64,000 bases of DNA from NCBI GenBank assembly GCA_030390025.1, contig CM059452.1:9362001-9426000 (forward strand). The letters run 5' to 3'. Below, piece after piece: positions 1 through 11,389 of this stretch (positions within the stretch are counted from its first letter, which is position 1; each line of letters begins with the position of its first letter). The DNA is from Squalus acanthias (lineage: Eukaryota). The notes beneath the pieces were generated by a model. The model had not been told where the DNA came from and did not search any database. It saw only the letters and a program-made list of their open reading frames with translations. The position numbers and the translations under genes are program-made.

Positions 1-383
1 TTATGCGGAGAGATTGGAAAAGCTGGGATTGTTCCTTAGAGCAGTGAAGTTTAAGGGGAGACCTAACAAAGGTAATCAAAATTGTGAGAGGTTTTGTCAG
101 AGCAAGTAGAGAGACACGGTTTCCTCTGGCGAGTAGGTAGGTAACCAAAGGTCACAGATTAAAATAATTGGCAAAAGAACGAGAGGGGACATGAGGGTAA
201 TTTTTTTCAAACAGAGGGTTGCTAAGTTCAGGAATGCACGAGGCAACTGGGCATGTACTTGAAGAGGACTCATTCGTAGGGTTACGAGGAAAAAGCTGGG
301 ATTTGATTGGACAGCTCTTTCAGAGCCAGCACAGGCAAGACGGGCCGAGCGGCCCCTTCTGTGCTCTGAGATTCTGTGATTCT
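1..383 (+). mobile_element. CR1-type LINE 3' fragment (degenerate)
   Basis: Degenerate match to the ORF2 C-terminus (YxERLxxLGLF..RLRGDL) and 3' tail of the intact CR1 at 2607-5558. Confidence 0.8.
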
Positions 384-1049
384 GCACGGCTCAGCGGAAT
401 TAGTTCTTCCCGATTTAATGGAAGGAAACACTTCATAATGTTGAACACCTCTATCAGATCTATTTTTATTGTTTATTACAATGCAAGACGATATTTAAAA
501 TAAAGGGAACTGAGGAATTTGACTCAAATGATTCAGTTGGATCCCGTCACAGTGTCTTAAAGCTTATTGTCAATGACGACTCATCGCAGGCTGACTGTTT
601 CTCTTTAAATATTTCACAGAGGTGCGGCTCAGTGACTGTGAGCATTGTGCTGTGACCCAGTCCAATAGCTGCACCTCACACGTGTTTGTCCCTGCCTGGT
701 ACCTTTAGAAAAATAATTGAACGAAATAATTCTTTCAAACATAAGGTTCCCATGATGGTTATTTGGAGCGGGAGTCTCGACATTTAAATTCTCAAAATAA
801 GTTCCAGCCTCCCATCAGATCAGAACAGGCGCTGCTTTCTGGGGCTTTTCAGTCACTTCCTGAAACTGTTCTGAAAGTGAGCCCAGGATCAGGCCAATCT
901 CATTCAACATTATCTGATACACAAAAAATTTAAAGTTAATCAATTCATTAAAAATTGAGCAGATTTTGTTGCAATAAAGTTAAAGAGAACTCACACTTTA
1001 TTAGTTGGATGCAGATTAAGGTTCCTTGAGCAATACGGGAAAAACAATT

Positions 1050-2030
1050 ACAGGTCTGTTACTGTAAAGAAAATATAGAGTAAAGCTCCCTCTGCACTGC
1101 CCTGCCATCCGCTGTATCATCAGGTATTGCAAGAGAGTGATTCCGAGCAAAGACATGTCTACTGCAATGTCAAACACTCCGGGTAAGGTACAGCACTGGT
1201 TAAATACAAAGTAAAGCTCGCACTACACTGTCCCATTAAACACACGGAGGTCAGGTAGAGCACAGGTTAGATACAGAGTAATGCTACCTTTACATTGCCC
1301 CATCAAACACTCCCAGGGCAGGTACAGCACAGGTTAGATAAAGAGTAAAGATCCATCTAACCTGTCCCATCAAACATTCGCAGAGCAGGTAAGAAACGGG
1401 TCAGATACAGAGTAACGCTCCCTCTACCCTGTCCGATCAAACACTCCCAGGGCAGGTACAGCACTGGTGAAATACAGAGTAACGCTCCATCTACACTGTC
1501 AAATCAAACACTCCCAGGGCAGGTACAGCACAGGTTAGATACAGAGTAAAGGTCCATCTAACCTGCCCCATTAAACACTCCCAGGGCAGGTACTGCACTC
1601 ATTAAATACAGAATAAAGCTCCCTATGCACTGTCCCATCAAACACTACCAGGGCAGGTACAACATGTGTTCGATACAGAGTAAAGCTCGCTCTGCACTGT
1701 CCCATCAAACACTCCCAGGGCAGGTCTAGCACGGGTTAGATACAGAGTACAACTCCCTCTACACTGTCCCATCAAACACTCCCAGGGCAGGTACAGCACG
1801 GGTTAGATATAGAGTAAAGCTCCCTCTGCACTGTCCCATCAAACACTCCCAGGGCAAGTAGAGAACGGGTTAGATACAGAGTAAAGCTCCCGCTACACTG
1901 TCCCATCAAACACTCCCATGGCAGGTCTAGCATGGGTTCGATACAGAGTAAAGCTCCTTCTACACTGTCTTATCAAACACTCACAGGGCAGGTACGGCAC
2001 GGGTTAGAAACTGATTAAAGCTCCTTCTAC
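1050..2030 (+). repeat. 67-bp minisatellite, ~14 copies
   Basis: Tandem unit tacagagtaaagctccctctacactgtcccatcaaacactcccagggcaggtacagcacgggttaga. Confidence 0.95.
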
Positions 2031-2606
2031 TGTCTGCCAGACGTGTTTCTGTAATGCTCCTTCTGAATGTCACAAACTGGGTTACTGAGGCGCCTCCTCA
2101 AACTTAAAGTCAAACGATCGCATTTCTCACAGATACGAGCTTCTGAAATAAATGAGTCGAATTGTATTCCATGAAACACAAGAGAACAAATCAGCAGATT
2201 TACAACCAGTCAGGAGGGCTCCTGATTCTCACACAGTGAGCAGGCGCACAGAAACAGAACAGACACAAACGGTGCAACAATCGTGCTCTCAGCAGATAGA
2301 TCTGTTCAATCTGTCAATTTCAATTAAGCTGATTTCTAATTGATCTCTTGTCAATTTACGACCACCTCAAGTCTACATAAGAACATAAGAAATAGGAGCA
2401 GGAGTAGGCCAATCGGCCCCTCGAGCCTGCTCCGCCATTCAATAAGATCATGGCTGATCTGATCCTAACCGCCAATCTACTATCTATCACAGAACCATCT
2501 CCTGCATCTAACAGAATTGCACACACGAAATAGGAGCAGAATCAGGCTACACAGTCCCTGGGCCCGCTCCACTACCCACAGGGCCATGACCGATCCGAAC
2601 CTAGAC

Positions 2607-5558
2607 TCATGTCCAAATTCCTGCCCGCTCCCCGTAACCCTTAATGCCCTTTACTTCTAGGAAACTGTCTATTTCTGTTTTAAATTTAATTAATGTTGTA
2701 GCTTCTACAGCTTTTTGTGGCAGCATATTCCATGGACCTACCACCCTCTGAGTGAAGTAGTTCCTCCTCATCTCAGTTTTGAAAGAGCAGCCCCTTATTC
2801 TAAGACTATGTCCCCTAGTTCTCGTCTCACCCGTCATCGGGAACATCCTCCCCGCATCCACCCGATCCAACCCCTTCACAATCTTATATGTTTCAATAAG
2901 ATCGCCTCTCATTCTTCTGAACTCCAATGAGTAGAGTCCCAATCTACCCAACCTCTCCTCATATGACCACCCCCTCATCCCCGGGATTAACCGAGTGAAC
3001 CTTTTTTGCACTGCCTCGAGAGCAAGGATGTCTTTCCTTAAGTAAGGACACCAAAACTGTATGCAGTATTCCAGGTGCGGTCTCACCAATACCTTGTACA
3101 ACTGAAGCAATACCTCCCTATTTTTATATTCTATCCCCCTAGCAATGAAAGCCAACATTCCATTTGCCTTCTTAATCACTTGCTGCACCTGCATACTAAC
3201 CTTTTGAGTTTCGTGCACCAGGACCCCCAGATCCCTTTGCACTTCAGTACTCTCCAGTTTCTTGCCATTAAGATAATAAATTGCTCTAGGATTTTTCCTG
3301 CCAAAGTGCATCACCTCACACTTTCCAGTGTTGTATTCCATCTGCCAAATCTCTGCCCACTTACTTAGCCTGTCTATGTCCCCTTGCAGGTTTTTTATGT
3401 CCTCCTCACTCACTACTTTCCCTCCCATCTTTGTATCATCTGCAAATTTTGATATGTTACACTTGGTCCCTTCCTCCAAATCGTTAATATAGATTGTGAA
3501 GAGTTGGGGACCCAGCACTGACCCCTGTGGAACACCACTAGTTACTGATTGCCAGTCTGAGAATGAACCATTTATCCCAACTCTTTGCTTTCTGTTAGAT
3601 AGCCAATCCTCTATCCATGCCAGAATATTACCCCCAATCCCGTGATTTTTTACCTTAAGCAATAATCTTTTGTGTGGCACCTTGTCAAATGCCTTTTGGA
3701 AGTCTAAATACACTACGTCCACTGGTTCCCCTTTATCCACTCTATATGTTACTTCCTCAAAGAACTCCAGCAAATTTGTCAAACATGACTTCCCCTTCGT
3801 AAAACCATGCTGACTTTGTCCTATTAAATTATGATTATCCAAATGTCCTGTTACTGTTTCCTTAATAATGGACTCCAAAATTTTACCTACCACAGATGTT
3901 AGGCTAACCGGTCTATAGTTACCAGCCTTCTGTCTACTGCCCTTTTTAAATAAGGGTGTTACATTAGCAGTTTTCCAGTCTGCCGGGACCTTAGCGGAAT
4001 CCAGGGAGTTTTGAAAAATTATTACCAATGCATCTACAATCCCTACCGCCACTTCCTTCAAGACTCTAGGATGTAAGCCATCAGGTCCAGGTGATTTATC
4101 CGCCTTGAGTCCCATTATTTCACCGAGTACCACTTCCTTAGTGATTTTGATCGTGTTTAGCTCCTCTCCCCCTATAGCCCCCTGTTTGTCCAGTGTTGGG
4201 ATATTCTTAGTGTCCTCTACTGTAAAGACTGATACAAAATATTCATTCAGTGTTTTTGCCATCTCCATATTTCCCACCATTAATTTCCCGGTCTCATCCT
4301 CTAAGGGACCAACATTTACTTTAGCCACCCTTTTTCTTTTTATATAACTATAAAAACTCTTACTATCTGTTTTTATATTTTTTGCTAATTTACTTTCATA
4401 ATCTATCTTCCCTTTCTTAATCAATCTTTTTGTTATTTTTTGCTGCCTTTTAAAGTTTTCCCAATCCTCTGTCCTCCCACTAGATTTCGCTACCTTATAT
4501 GCCCTTGTTTTTAGTCGAATACTATCCTTAATTTCTTTACTTAGCCACGGATGACTGTCCTTTCTTTTACACCCTTTTCTTTTCAGTGGAATATATATTT
4601 TTTGGAAGTTGTAAAATAACTCCTTGAATGTACACCACTGATCATGTGTCGTCTTACCCTTTAATCTATTTTCCCAATCCACTCTACTCAATTCCGCTCG
4701 CATACCTTCATAGTCTCCTTTATTCAAGCTTAGCACGCTTGTTTGAGATCCAACCTTCTCACCCTCTAATTGAATATGGAATTCAACCATGTTATGGTCA
4801 CTCATTCCAAGGGGATCCTTTACTAGGACATTTTTAATTAATCCTGTCTCGTTACACAGGACCAGATCTAAGGTTGCTTGCCCCCTGGTCGGTTCAGTTA
4901 CATACTGCTCAAGAAACCCATCCCTAATACACTCAATGAACTCATCCTCAAGGCAGCCCTGCCCCATTTGATTTGTCCAATTAATATGATAGTTAAAATC
5001 CCCCATAATTATAGATGTTCCCTTATTACATGCCTCAACTATTTCCTGATTGATACTCCGTCCAATAGAGTTGCAACTGTTCGGAGGCCTATAGACTACG
5101 CCCACTAATGTTTTTTTCCCCTTATTATTCCTTATCTCCACCCAAACTGTTTCATTATCATGATTTTTTGACCCAATATCATTACTCTGTATTACAGTGA
5201 TTCCTTCCTTTATTAACATAGCCACCCCACCTCCCCTTCCTTCCTGCCTGTCCTTCCTGATCGTTAAATAACCTGGTATGTTTAATTCCCAGGCATTGTC
5301 ACCCTGCAGCCATGTTTCTGTAATGGCCACAATATCATAACCATATGTAGTTATTTGTGCCATTAACTCGTCTATTTTGTTACGAATGCTACGTGCATTC
5401 AGATAGAGAACTTTCAAATATGCTTTGTGGCACTTAGTTCCTGCTTTTTCACTTTTTACCAGTTTACCTTTTACTCCACACACTCTGTCCCTTCCTGCCA
5501 CGCTCTGATTTGTGATTCCCCTACTGCTACCTATGTCTATGACCCTCTCTGTTGTCAT
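2607..5558 (-). CDS. CR1 ORF2: APE endonuclease plus reverse transcriptase, 983 aa, uninterrupted
   Basis: APE motifs LNARS, ITETWL, GDFN, LDLV, SDHN. RT motifs YRPVSLTS, LDFQKAFD, GVPQGSVLGP, FADD. Confidence 0.97.
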   Translation of the reverse strand: MTTERVIDIGSSRGITNQSVAGRDRVCGVKGKLVKSEKAGTKCHKAYLKVLYLNARSIRNKIDELMAQITTYGYDIVAITETWLQGDNAWELNIPGYLTIRKDRQEGRGGGVAMLIKEGITVIQSNDIGSKNHDNETVWVEIRNNKGKKTLVGVVYRPPNSCNSIGRSINQEIVEACNKGTSIIMGDFNYHINWTNQMGQGCLEDEFIECIRDGFLEQYVTEPTRGQATLDLVLCNETGLIKNVLVKDPLGMSDHNMVEFHIQLEGEKVGSQTSVLSLNKGDYEGMRAELSRVDWENRLKGKTTHDQWCTFKELFYNFQKIYIPLKRKGCKRKDSHPWLSKEIKDSIRLKTRAYKVAKSSGRTEDWENFKRQQKITKRLIKKGKIDYESKLAKNIKTDSKSFYSYIKRKRVAKVNVGPLEDETGKLMVGNMEMAKTLNEYFVSVFTVEDTKNIPTLDKQGAIGGEELNTIKITKEVVLGEIMGLKADKSPGPDGLHPRVLKEVAVGIVDALVIIFQNSLDSAKVPADWKTANVTPLFKKGSRQKAGNYRPVSLTSVVGKILESIIKETVTGHLDNHNLIGQSQHGFTKGKSCLTNLLEFFEEVTYRVDKGEPVDVVYLDFQKAFDKVPHKRLLLKVKNHGIGGNILAWIEDWLSNRKQRVGINGSFSDWQSVTSGVPQGSVLGPQLFTIYINDLEEGTKCNISKFADDTKMGGKVVSEEDIKNLQGDIDRLSKWAEIWQMEYNTGKCEVMHFGRKNPRAIYYLNGKKLESTEVQRDLGVLVHETQKVSMQVQQVIKKANGMLAFIARGIEYKNREVLLQLYKVLVRPHLEYCIQFWCPYLRKDILALEAVQKRFTRLIPGMRGWSYEERLGRLGLYSLEFRRMRGDLIETYKIVKGLDRVDAGRMFPMTGETRTRGHSLRIRGCSFKTEMRRNYFTQRVVGPWNMLPQKAVEATTLIKFKTEIDSFLEVKGIKGYGERAGIWT

Positions 5559-5596
5559 TTTTATTTTTTGCTCTCTTGAAACCTCCCCCCCACTAA

Positions 5597-5770
5597 TTAG
5601 TTTAAAGCCCTCTCCACAGCCCTAGTTATTCGATTCGCCAGGACACTAGTCCCAGCACTGGCCAAGTGAAGTCCGTCCCAACGGAACAGCTCTCTCCTGC
5701 CCCAGTACTGGTGCCAGTGTCCCAAGAAGCAAAACCCATTTTTCCCACACCAGTCTTTGAGCCACGCATT
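5597..5770 (-). pseudogene. C-terminal remnant of CR1 ORF1 (SGNH esterase-like domain)
   Basis: Manual translation NAWLKDWCGKNGFCFLGHWHQYWGRRELFRWDGLHLASAGTSVLANRITRAVERALN*, with a DGLH (DxxH) motif. Stop lies just upstream of ORF2. Confidence 0.8.
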
Positions 5771-8700
5771 GAAATTACTCTGATATTAATTTGAAAAACT
5801 CTCTTCGACTTCCAACCATTTCTCCCTCCCTGTCTACAATCTTACAAACCGAGTAAGATTTAGTTTCCCTGAAAACAAGTTTACTGAAATAATTCACATT
5901 CCAGGGTAATTTGCTGCATATAACAGGGACTCCGTGACAGAGCAAGAATTTAACAAACCAGGAGACATTTACATTGCAAACCGATTACCCACTGGTTTAA
6001 TATAATTTCATCATTAAATATAACCTGGAAAATCATCGAGGCAAAATACGAAGTTTATTAATTAAAATCTGCGGCGACACCTTCACGAGCTCAGCACAGC
6101 TGAGTAAGCCATGTATTGTTTCTAAATTAATTTTAGACATAATTTAAAATTCTCCCCAACTCTTGTGATTTTGCAGTAACTGTAATTCTGTTCAGTATAC
6201 AACGCAATTGTGGGAGGTGATTTATGTTTAATAAATTCGCACTGATATTAAACTCTAAGATAATATTGTTGTTAGCTGATGTTATGCTGCATTATAATAA
6301 AATTAGTTAATGTTAATTTTAATCCTGTTTCTGCCTGGTAACCTGTGAACTAACAAGGTTTCCATTACATTAACATGGTACTTATCAATATTAAAATATT
6401 AAGAATCATATTAATAGATACAGACATTCAGACAAATATATAATTTTTACTTAAATCAAATCGTATTTGAATAAGTTAAAATGGTCATGAACTTCTAATA
6501 TATTCTCGCTCTCTATCTACACACTTGTAAACTCTGCATGTTTCTGAACTCTCTGATACAACATAAACTCTATCATTTTCAGAGTGGATTTCACATGATG
6601 GATTTAGGAGTGGACTATTTTAATTAGTTCAAAGTCTGGCCGTGGTCGCATCTCACTAACTACCGATGGAATGTAACACCGTGTGTTTACTAAAGCAGGG
6701 CTCTCGAGGTTAAGCATTGTCCTCAATCTTAACTATAGAAACGATTTTTATGAATTAAAAGACAACCGGCCAGTTTGCAGTCAGTAACAGAGACTCCGCT
6801 ATTTAATAACACAGACAATCTTTTTATATTTTACTCCAGTAATTCACACAATGCCCATAAATTAATTATTAAATATATTCCGCTATTTATTGAAAATAAG
6901 GTCCAGAATGATCAGTGTAAAACTGGCGGAGAACAAATCAATCAGACCATCTGCGACACTGAAATTTAATGAGCAAATGGAGGAGAGATTTTGTTGATCA
7001 ATTTAACATTAATGAGAATTAAACATAACTCTCAGATGTGATCTGTTCATTGTCTATAATTCTATCCCGTATACAGCACAGCTATGGGAGACAGGATGTT
7101 GTTATTAAATTCAAAACTAATATTAACCTTTTGTAATTAAATTAATCTGCTTGGATGTCAATGTGTGTCTCCAGCCTTACGCAGTCTGCACCTTCCTTGA
7201 ATTTAAATGGCATAATATGAACAATTCTTTGACTGCCAGCGACTTCTACCGCTCAGACTGAGATCTTACAAACTGTTTCAGATTAGTTTAGTGATAATTG
7301 TCTCGCTATCAAACAACAAATAATATTGAAGGAATAACATGCTTTCCGCTGCACAGTAAGAATTTAATAACCCGGCAGATTTATTACATTTACAAACTGC
7401 TATTTACAACTCGCATTTAATGCATAATTAAATGCAACCCGTCATTCATCTGTGTGAAACAGGGAAATAACAATTAATTGCAAACCCTCATTAACCTGAA
7501 CACTGTGGTGGAAATCAGTCTGCTGTTATTAAAATAATTTCAGACATAATCAGAAATTGTCTCCAGCCTCTAAAATTTTCCGCTCACGTCAATTGTGACC
7601 GGTTTAGAGCAGAATTGTGGAAGGCGAATAATGTTTAATACATTAATATTAATACTACAGCATTTTTAGTGATATTGGGCAATATTACCGCATTCTAATC
7701 GTTTGCGTTATATTAATTTAACTCTCCTTCAACCTGCACATTGTTAATTATATAATTCATAATTACAGTAACAATTTACCTATTAAATGTGAGCGCCGTA
7801 AACCAAAGATTAATAGTTGAATCTGGAATTCTCACTTAAATAAAAACATGCATTACATTCTTTTGAAATGATTTTTGATGTATAAAACCTGCTTGTTTTC
7901 TGACTACAATCATCTTTCAAACTGTTTTAAACAGATCAGAAAACCTGCAGCAGTTCGATGTCACCGAGATTAAACATTGCAGAAACTCCAAAGTCTCACA
8001 AACTTTATTTATTCAAAGTAACCCAGGCACACACTCTCCTCAGCAGATAAACAGCAAATCACATCACTGAGGGGCTGAATCCCGCAACAGAACGTTTTGT
8101 GGAGAAGCAGCTTCATTCTATAAACCCTTTCAGCAGAATCAAGTGTAACATTGCAAAAAAATCACAATACAGAATCCAGCGAACCCATCTATCACTGAAC
8201 GAATTAATTATTGAAATAAACATAAATATAAAAGAATGACAGCAGAATTGGGAGTAGACTATTGATATCGCATATTGTTGTAATATTGGGTGATATTACT
8301 ATATTAAATTAATTTAATTTATATTAATTTAAATCTGATTCAGGCAACACATTTGTTAATTATTTAGTTATTAATTGCAGTAACATTTCACGTATTTAAT
8401 ATGACCGTTGGTGTACATTAGATTAATAGATGACAATGTAAACATCACAAATAGAAATACGTCAAAATATCTTAAAATTATTTTTGGCCGCTAAAGCTTT
8501 CTGTTTTCTGCCTACAATCTTATTTCAAACACATTTAGTCACGCAAATGTTTACATTTGATCAGAAAACCTGCAACCATTAGATGTCACCGAGATTAAAC
8601 ATTGTAGAATCTCCAAACAGTTTAACAATCGTTAGGTATTTAAAGTAACCCAGGCACACAGTGTCATCAGAAGATAAACACCAAATCACATCAATCAGGG

Positions 8701-8907
8701 ACTCAATCCCTCAACAATATATTTTTCTGAAGAAACAGTTTAATTCTATGCACCCTTTGTAGCAGAATCAAATGAAACATTGCAAACAATCTCAGTACAG
8801 AATCCACCGAACCCAAGTTTCAGTGAATGAATGAATTACTGAAATAAACAGAAATATAAAATAAAGTCACAAATACAACAGTTCCTGAAAGAGTGAATGT
8901 TTCTTAC

Positions 8908-8972
8908 CTGCAGTCACCGTCACCATGGTGCCTTGTCCCCAGTAGTCGAGGTGGAGTATACCCCTGTAGTAC
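8908..8972 (-). CDS. IGHJ: Pre-joined IgH D(D)-JH segment, YYRGILHLDYWGQGTMVTVTA
   Basis: WGQGTMVTV J motif followed by a GTAAG donor (GT at 8906-8907). The 5' part is D-like (gtactacaggggt, atact), with no internal RSS. Confidence 0.9.
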
Positions 8973-9000
8973 CACAGTGACAGGAACCCACACAAATACT
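8973..9000 (+). promoter_or_regulatory. 12-bp-spacer RSS 5' of the D(D)JH
   Basis: CACAGTG (8973-8979), 12 nt acaggaacccac, ACAAATACT (8992-9000). Confidence 0.93.
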
Positions 9001-9390
9001 GCATTCACTCCCTGTGCAGTGCCGCCTCTCAACCATCACTTCTAATAGACATTCACTTCTGATCTGGTTTAGAATTTATCCAACAGTTTACACAACTTAA
9101 TAGAAAGTGAACACAGTCCCAACCAACTCCCTCCAGGTATCAATCATATTGAGACGAGCATTAACTCCAGCTCTGCCATTACTGACACTGTGAACAGTAA
9201 ACATGAGCACAGCCAAAACCTCTCCTCAGTACATCGGTTACTGCGCTAGATTTTTACCATTGAATTTTCAGTGTGTTAATTCAGTAAGAAGCGGCGTGTG
9301 GTCTGGTTCTAAACAATGCTGTTCAGATCGCATATAATACAATTACTGACCGTCAGATTATGATGGAAGTTTTTGAATGTCCCCTCGTTC

Positions 9391-9429
9391 TGTTCTTGTA
9401 CGGGTCCAGCCCTGGTTCCTCTCGCTGTG
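9391..9429 (-). promoter_or_regulatory. 23-bp-spacer RSS of the VH
   Basis: CACAGCG, 23 nt, ACAAGAACA. Confidence 0.92.
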
Positions 9430-9879
9430 CTCTCTTGCACAGTAATAGATGGCGGAGTCTTCGGTCCTCAGGTTCTTCATGTCCAAAGCGAAGATGCTGT
9501 TTGAAGTGTCTTTGGACGCAGTAAATCGGCCGATGAAGTGTAGTAGTGAGCCACAAACTCCAGCCCCTGTCCGGGAACCTGCCGGATCCAGTTCATGTAA
9601 TAGCTGCCAAGATTGAACCCGCTGGTTTTACAGGTCAGTCTCAGGGAGCCTCCGGGACTCCTGGTCTCTGCCTTTGGCTGAGTCAACACGTCATCCGACT
9701 GGACACCTGTAAAAACAATCAAAAACCCCGAGGATTAATCCTGGTGAAATGATTCCTGACTCTGTAATATTCCAGAGAGAGACTTACACTGAGACAGTAA
9801 CAGTGAGAGACTTGGACAATAAAAACTACTCACCGGATAAGAAAGCCAGCAACAGAATGAGAGAAATCGCCGACCTCAT
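9430..9879 (-). pseudogene. IGHV: IgM-type VH pseudogene (leader 9834-9879, V exon 9430-9706) with a frameshifting CDR2 deletion
   Basis: Leader MRSAISLILLLAFLSG with GT/AG intron. Exon reads [54 protein letters not shown], then shifts frame near 9531 into [34 protein letters not shown]. Confidence 0.93.
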
Positions 9880-9964
9880 CCTCCTGGCAATGTGTGGGAC
9901 TTGGTTCTGGGAAGAACTCACTGAGCAAACCCGCTCCCGGACTGTTGTATTGCGGTCCCAGTGA

Positions 9965-10055
9965 CCGGCAGTTAAATACCCGGTAGAAGGGGCGAGGTTA
10001 CAGGCGCCGCCTATTGATTTCCTGATAGAGGCGGCTACTCGATCCACGTCACAAC
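9965..10055 (-). promoter_or_regulatory. Putative VH promoter
   Basis: TATTTAAC (~9971-9978) and CRE-like TGACGTGG (~10044-10051) upstream of the ATG. No octamer seen. Confidence 0.5.
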
Positions 10056-10646
10056 CTCCACATCACCAACTGGACTCACATCTGGACTGTGAATGAAATC
10101 CCTTTATTTCCTCACTCCTTCACAGGGGATGTGAATCTCTCAGATTAAATTACATTATCAGGGTCTAAAGAGACTGCCAGTATGTGTTACTCCATCTGCC
10201 GCTATCTATCCCTTCACTCTTTACCAATAAAGTATCCGCTATATTATGAATCGCTTCAGATCTATGTATCTGAATGCGGGAGATGGGTAATGTGATTCTA
10301 TTCACAACGTGGATGGCTATAGCTACACGATTTGGGGCCGGTGATGAGTAGAAAGCCCTCACATTTTACAAATGTCTCTGATTGCATTTCTATAACTGCC
10401 CCTGAATCTGTGACCCAGTCCTTTGAAAATTACCTGTAAAATTAGTCCGCTTGCCTGATAAATAAGGAATGCGCGGACAGAGAAACATAAGAATTTGGGG
10501 TCCGCCCGCTTCAGACCAACTTTTGAAAAAGAGAAGCTGGTGAATCAGAACCAATAACGCGATCAGCAAACCCCGGCATCCAAATCCTTGCAGCAAACTT
10601 TAATAGCGACCGACTGTGTAACATACACTGGTATCAGGAACACAAT

Positions 10647-11389
10647 GGGCCGAAAATTGATCCCGGGACGCGAGAGTACGCACTGCGTACTCTCGCGTAT
10701 TCCCACTCCAATTGCCGGTTTTCTGCATGCCCTGCGCATGCGCTGAAAACCGGCAATTGCTCTTCTGAAAAGGGGGCGGGGCCTGCGTGCATCGCGTGCG
10801 CGCTACAGGCTGCGCGCACGCTGTGCACTTCATGCTGTGGACGCGCAGGTAAGTAGGGAAGATTTTGGAAATGTAAAAAGGAGGAGTAAGACCCGCTTTT
10901 AAGAAGGTAAGTAGTAAATTAAGTATTTTTTTGAATTTTTTTTTACAGGTATATCTTTTTTAGAGACTTTAACGACAGGTAAGTTTATTTTTATAACTTT
11001 TTAAAAGATTTTAAATTTTTCAAAAATTTAATTTTTTATTTTAAATGGTTAATTTAATTAACTATACTTATTTTATTAATGTGATGGGTTTTTTTTTAAA
11101 TTTAATTGAGGTTTAGCTGTTATTTTGGGGGGGTGTAAGATTCATAAGTCTCACAGCCATGCTGTGAGACTTATGAATGGAAGATGGTGTGCTGCCATTG
11201 GCTCTAACTGAGTCACGTGATCCCACAGCTCGCACGAATTAACTACGCCGCTGGGATACGCAAGCCCAGCACAGCTGATGTCTGGAACATCAAGTTCGTG
11301 CGAGCTGGATCAGAAAAAGCATAAGCGAGGTGAGACATCGCGGGGAAGGCTTACCCCCGCGGGAACAGAGCGAGATCAATTTCTGGGCC
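10647..11389. mobile_element. Non-autonomous TIR element (MITE, possibly PIF/Harbinger-like)
   Basis: Imperfect 16-bp TIRs gggccgaaaattgatc / ggcccagaaattgatc (13/16 match), AAT direct repeat on both flanks, several internal perfect hairpins. Confidence 0.65.

Larger units (their letters stand above)
2375..5770 (-). mobile_element. 5'-truncated CR1 LINE (end of ORF1, full ORF2, 3' UTR and tail)
   Basis: Tail reads acataagaacataagaaatagg on + at ~2375. ORF2 is intact. ORF1 C-terminus at 5597-5770. Confidence 0.95.

Noticed and set aside
595-665. TEVRLSDCEHCAVT resembling a V FR3 end
   Set aside because: Too short, no RSS, no upstream framework.
1050-2030. CRISPR-like appearance of the 67-, 61-, 28- and 27-bp arrays
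   Set aside because: Head-to-tail repeats without unique spacers, no cas genes, vertebrate DNA.
384-8900. Search for a C-mu or TCR constant exon downstream of JH
   Set aside because: No C1-domain exon was recognisable; any constant region must lie outside the window.
9186-9192. Extra heptamer CACAGTG (minus) between VH and DDJ
   Set aside because: No nonamer at 12 or 23 nt, so no evidence for another D segment.
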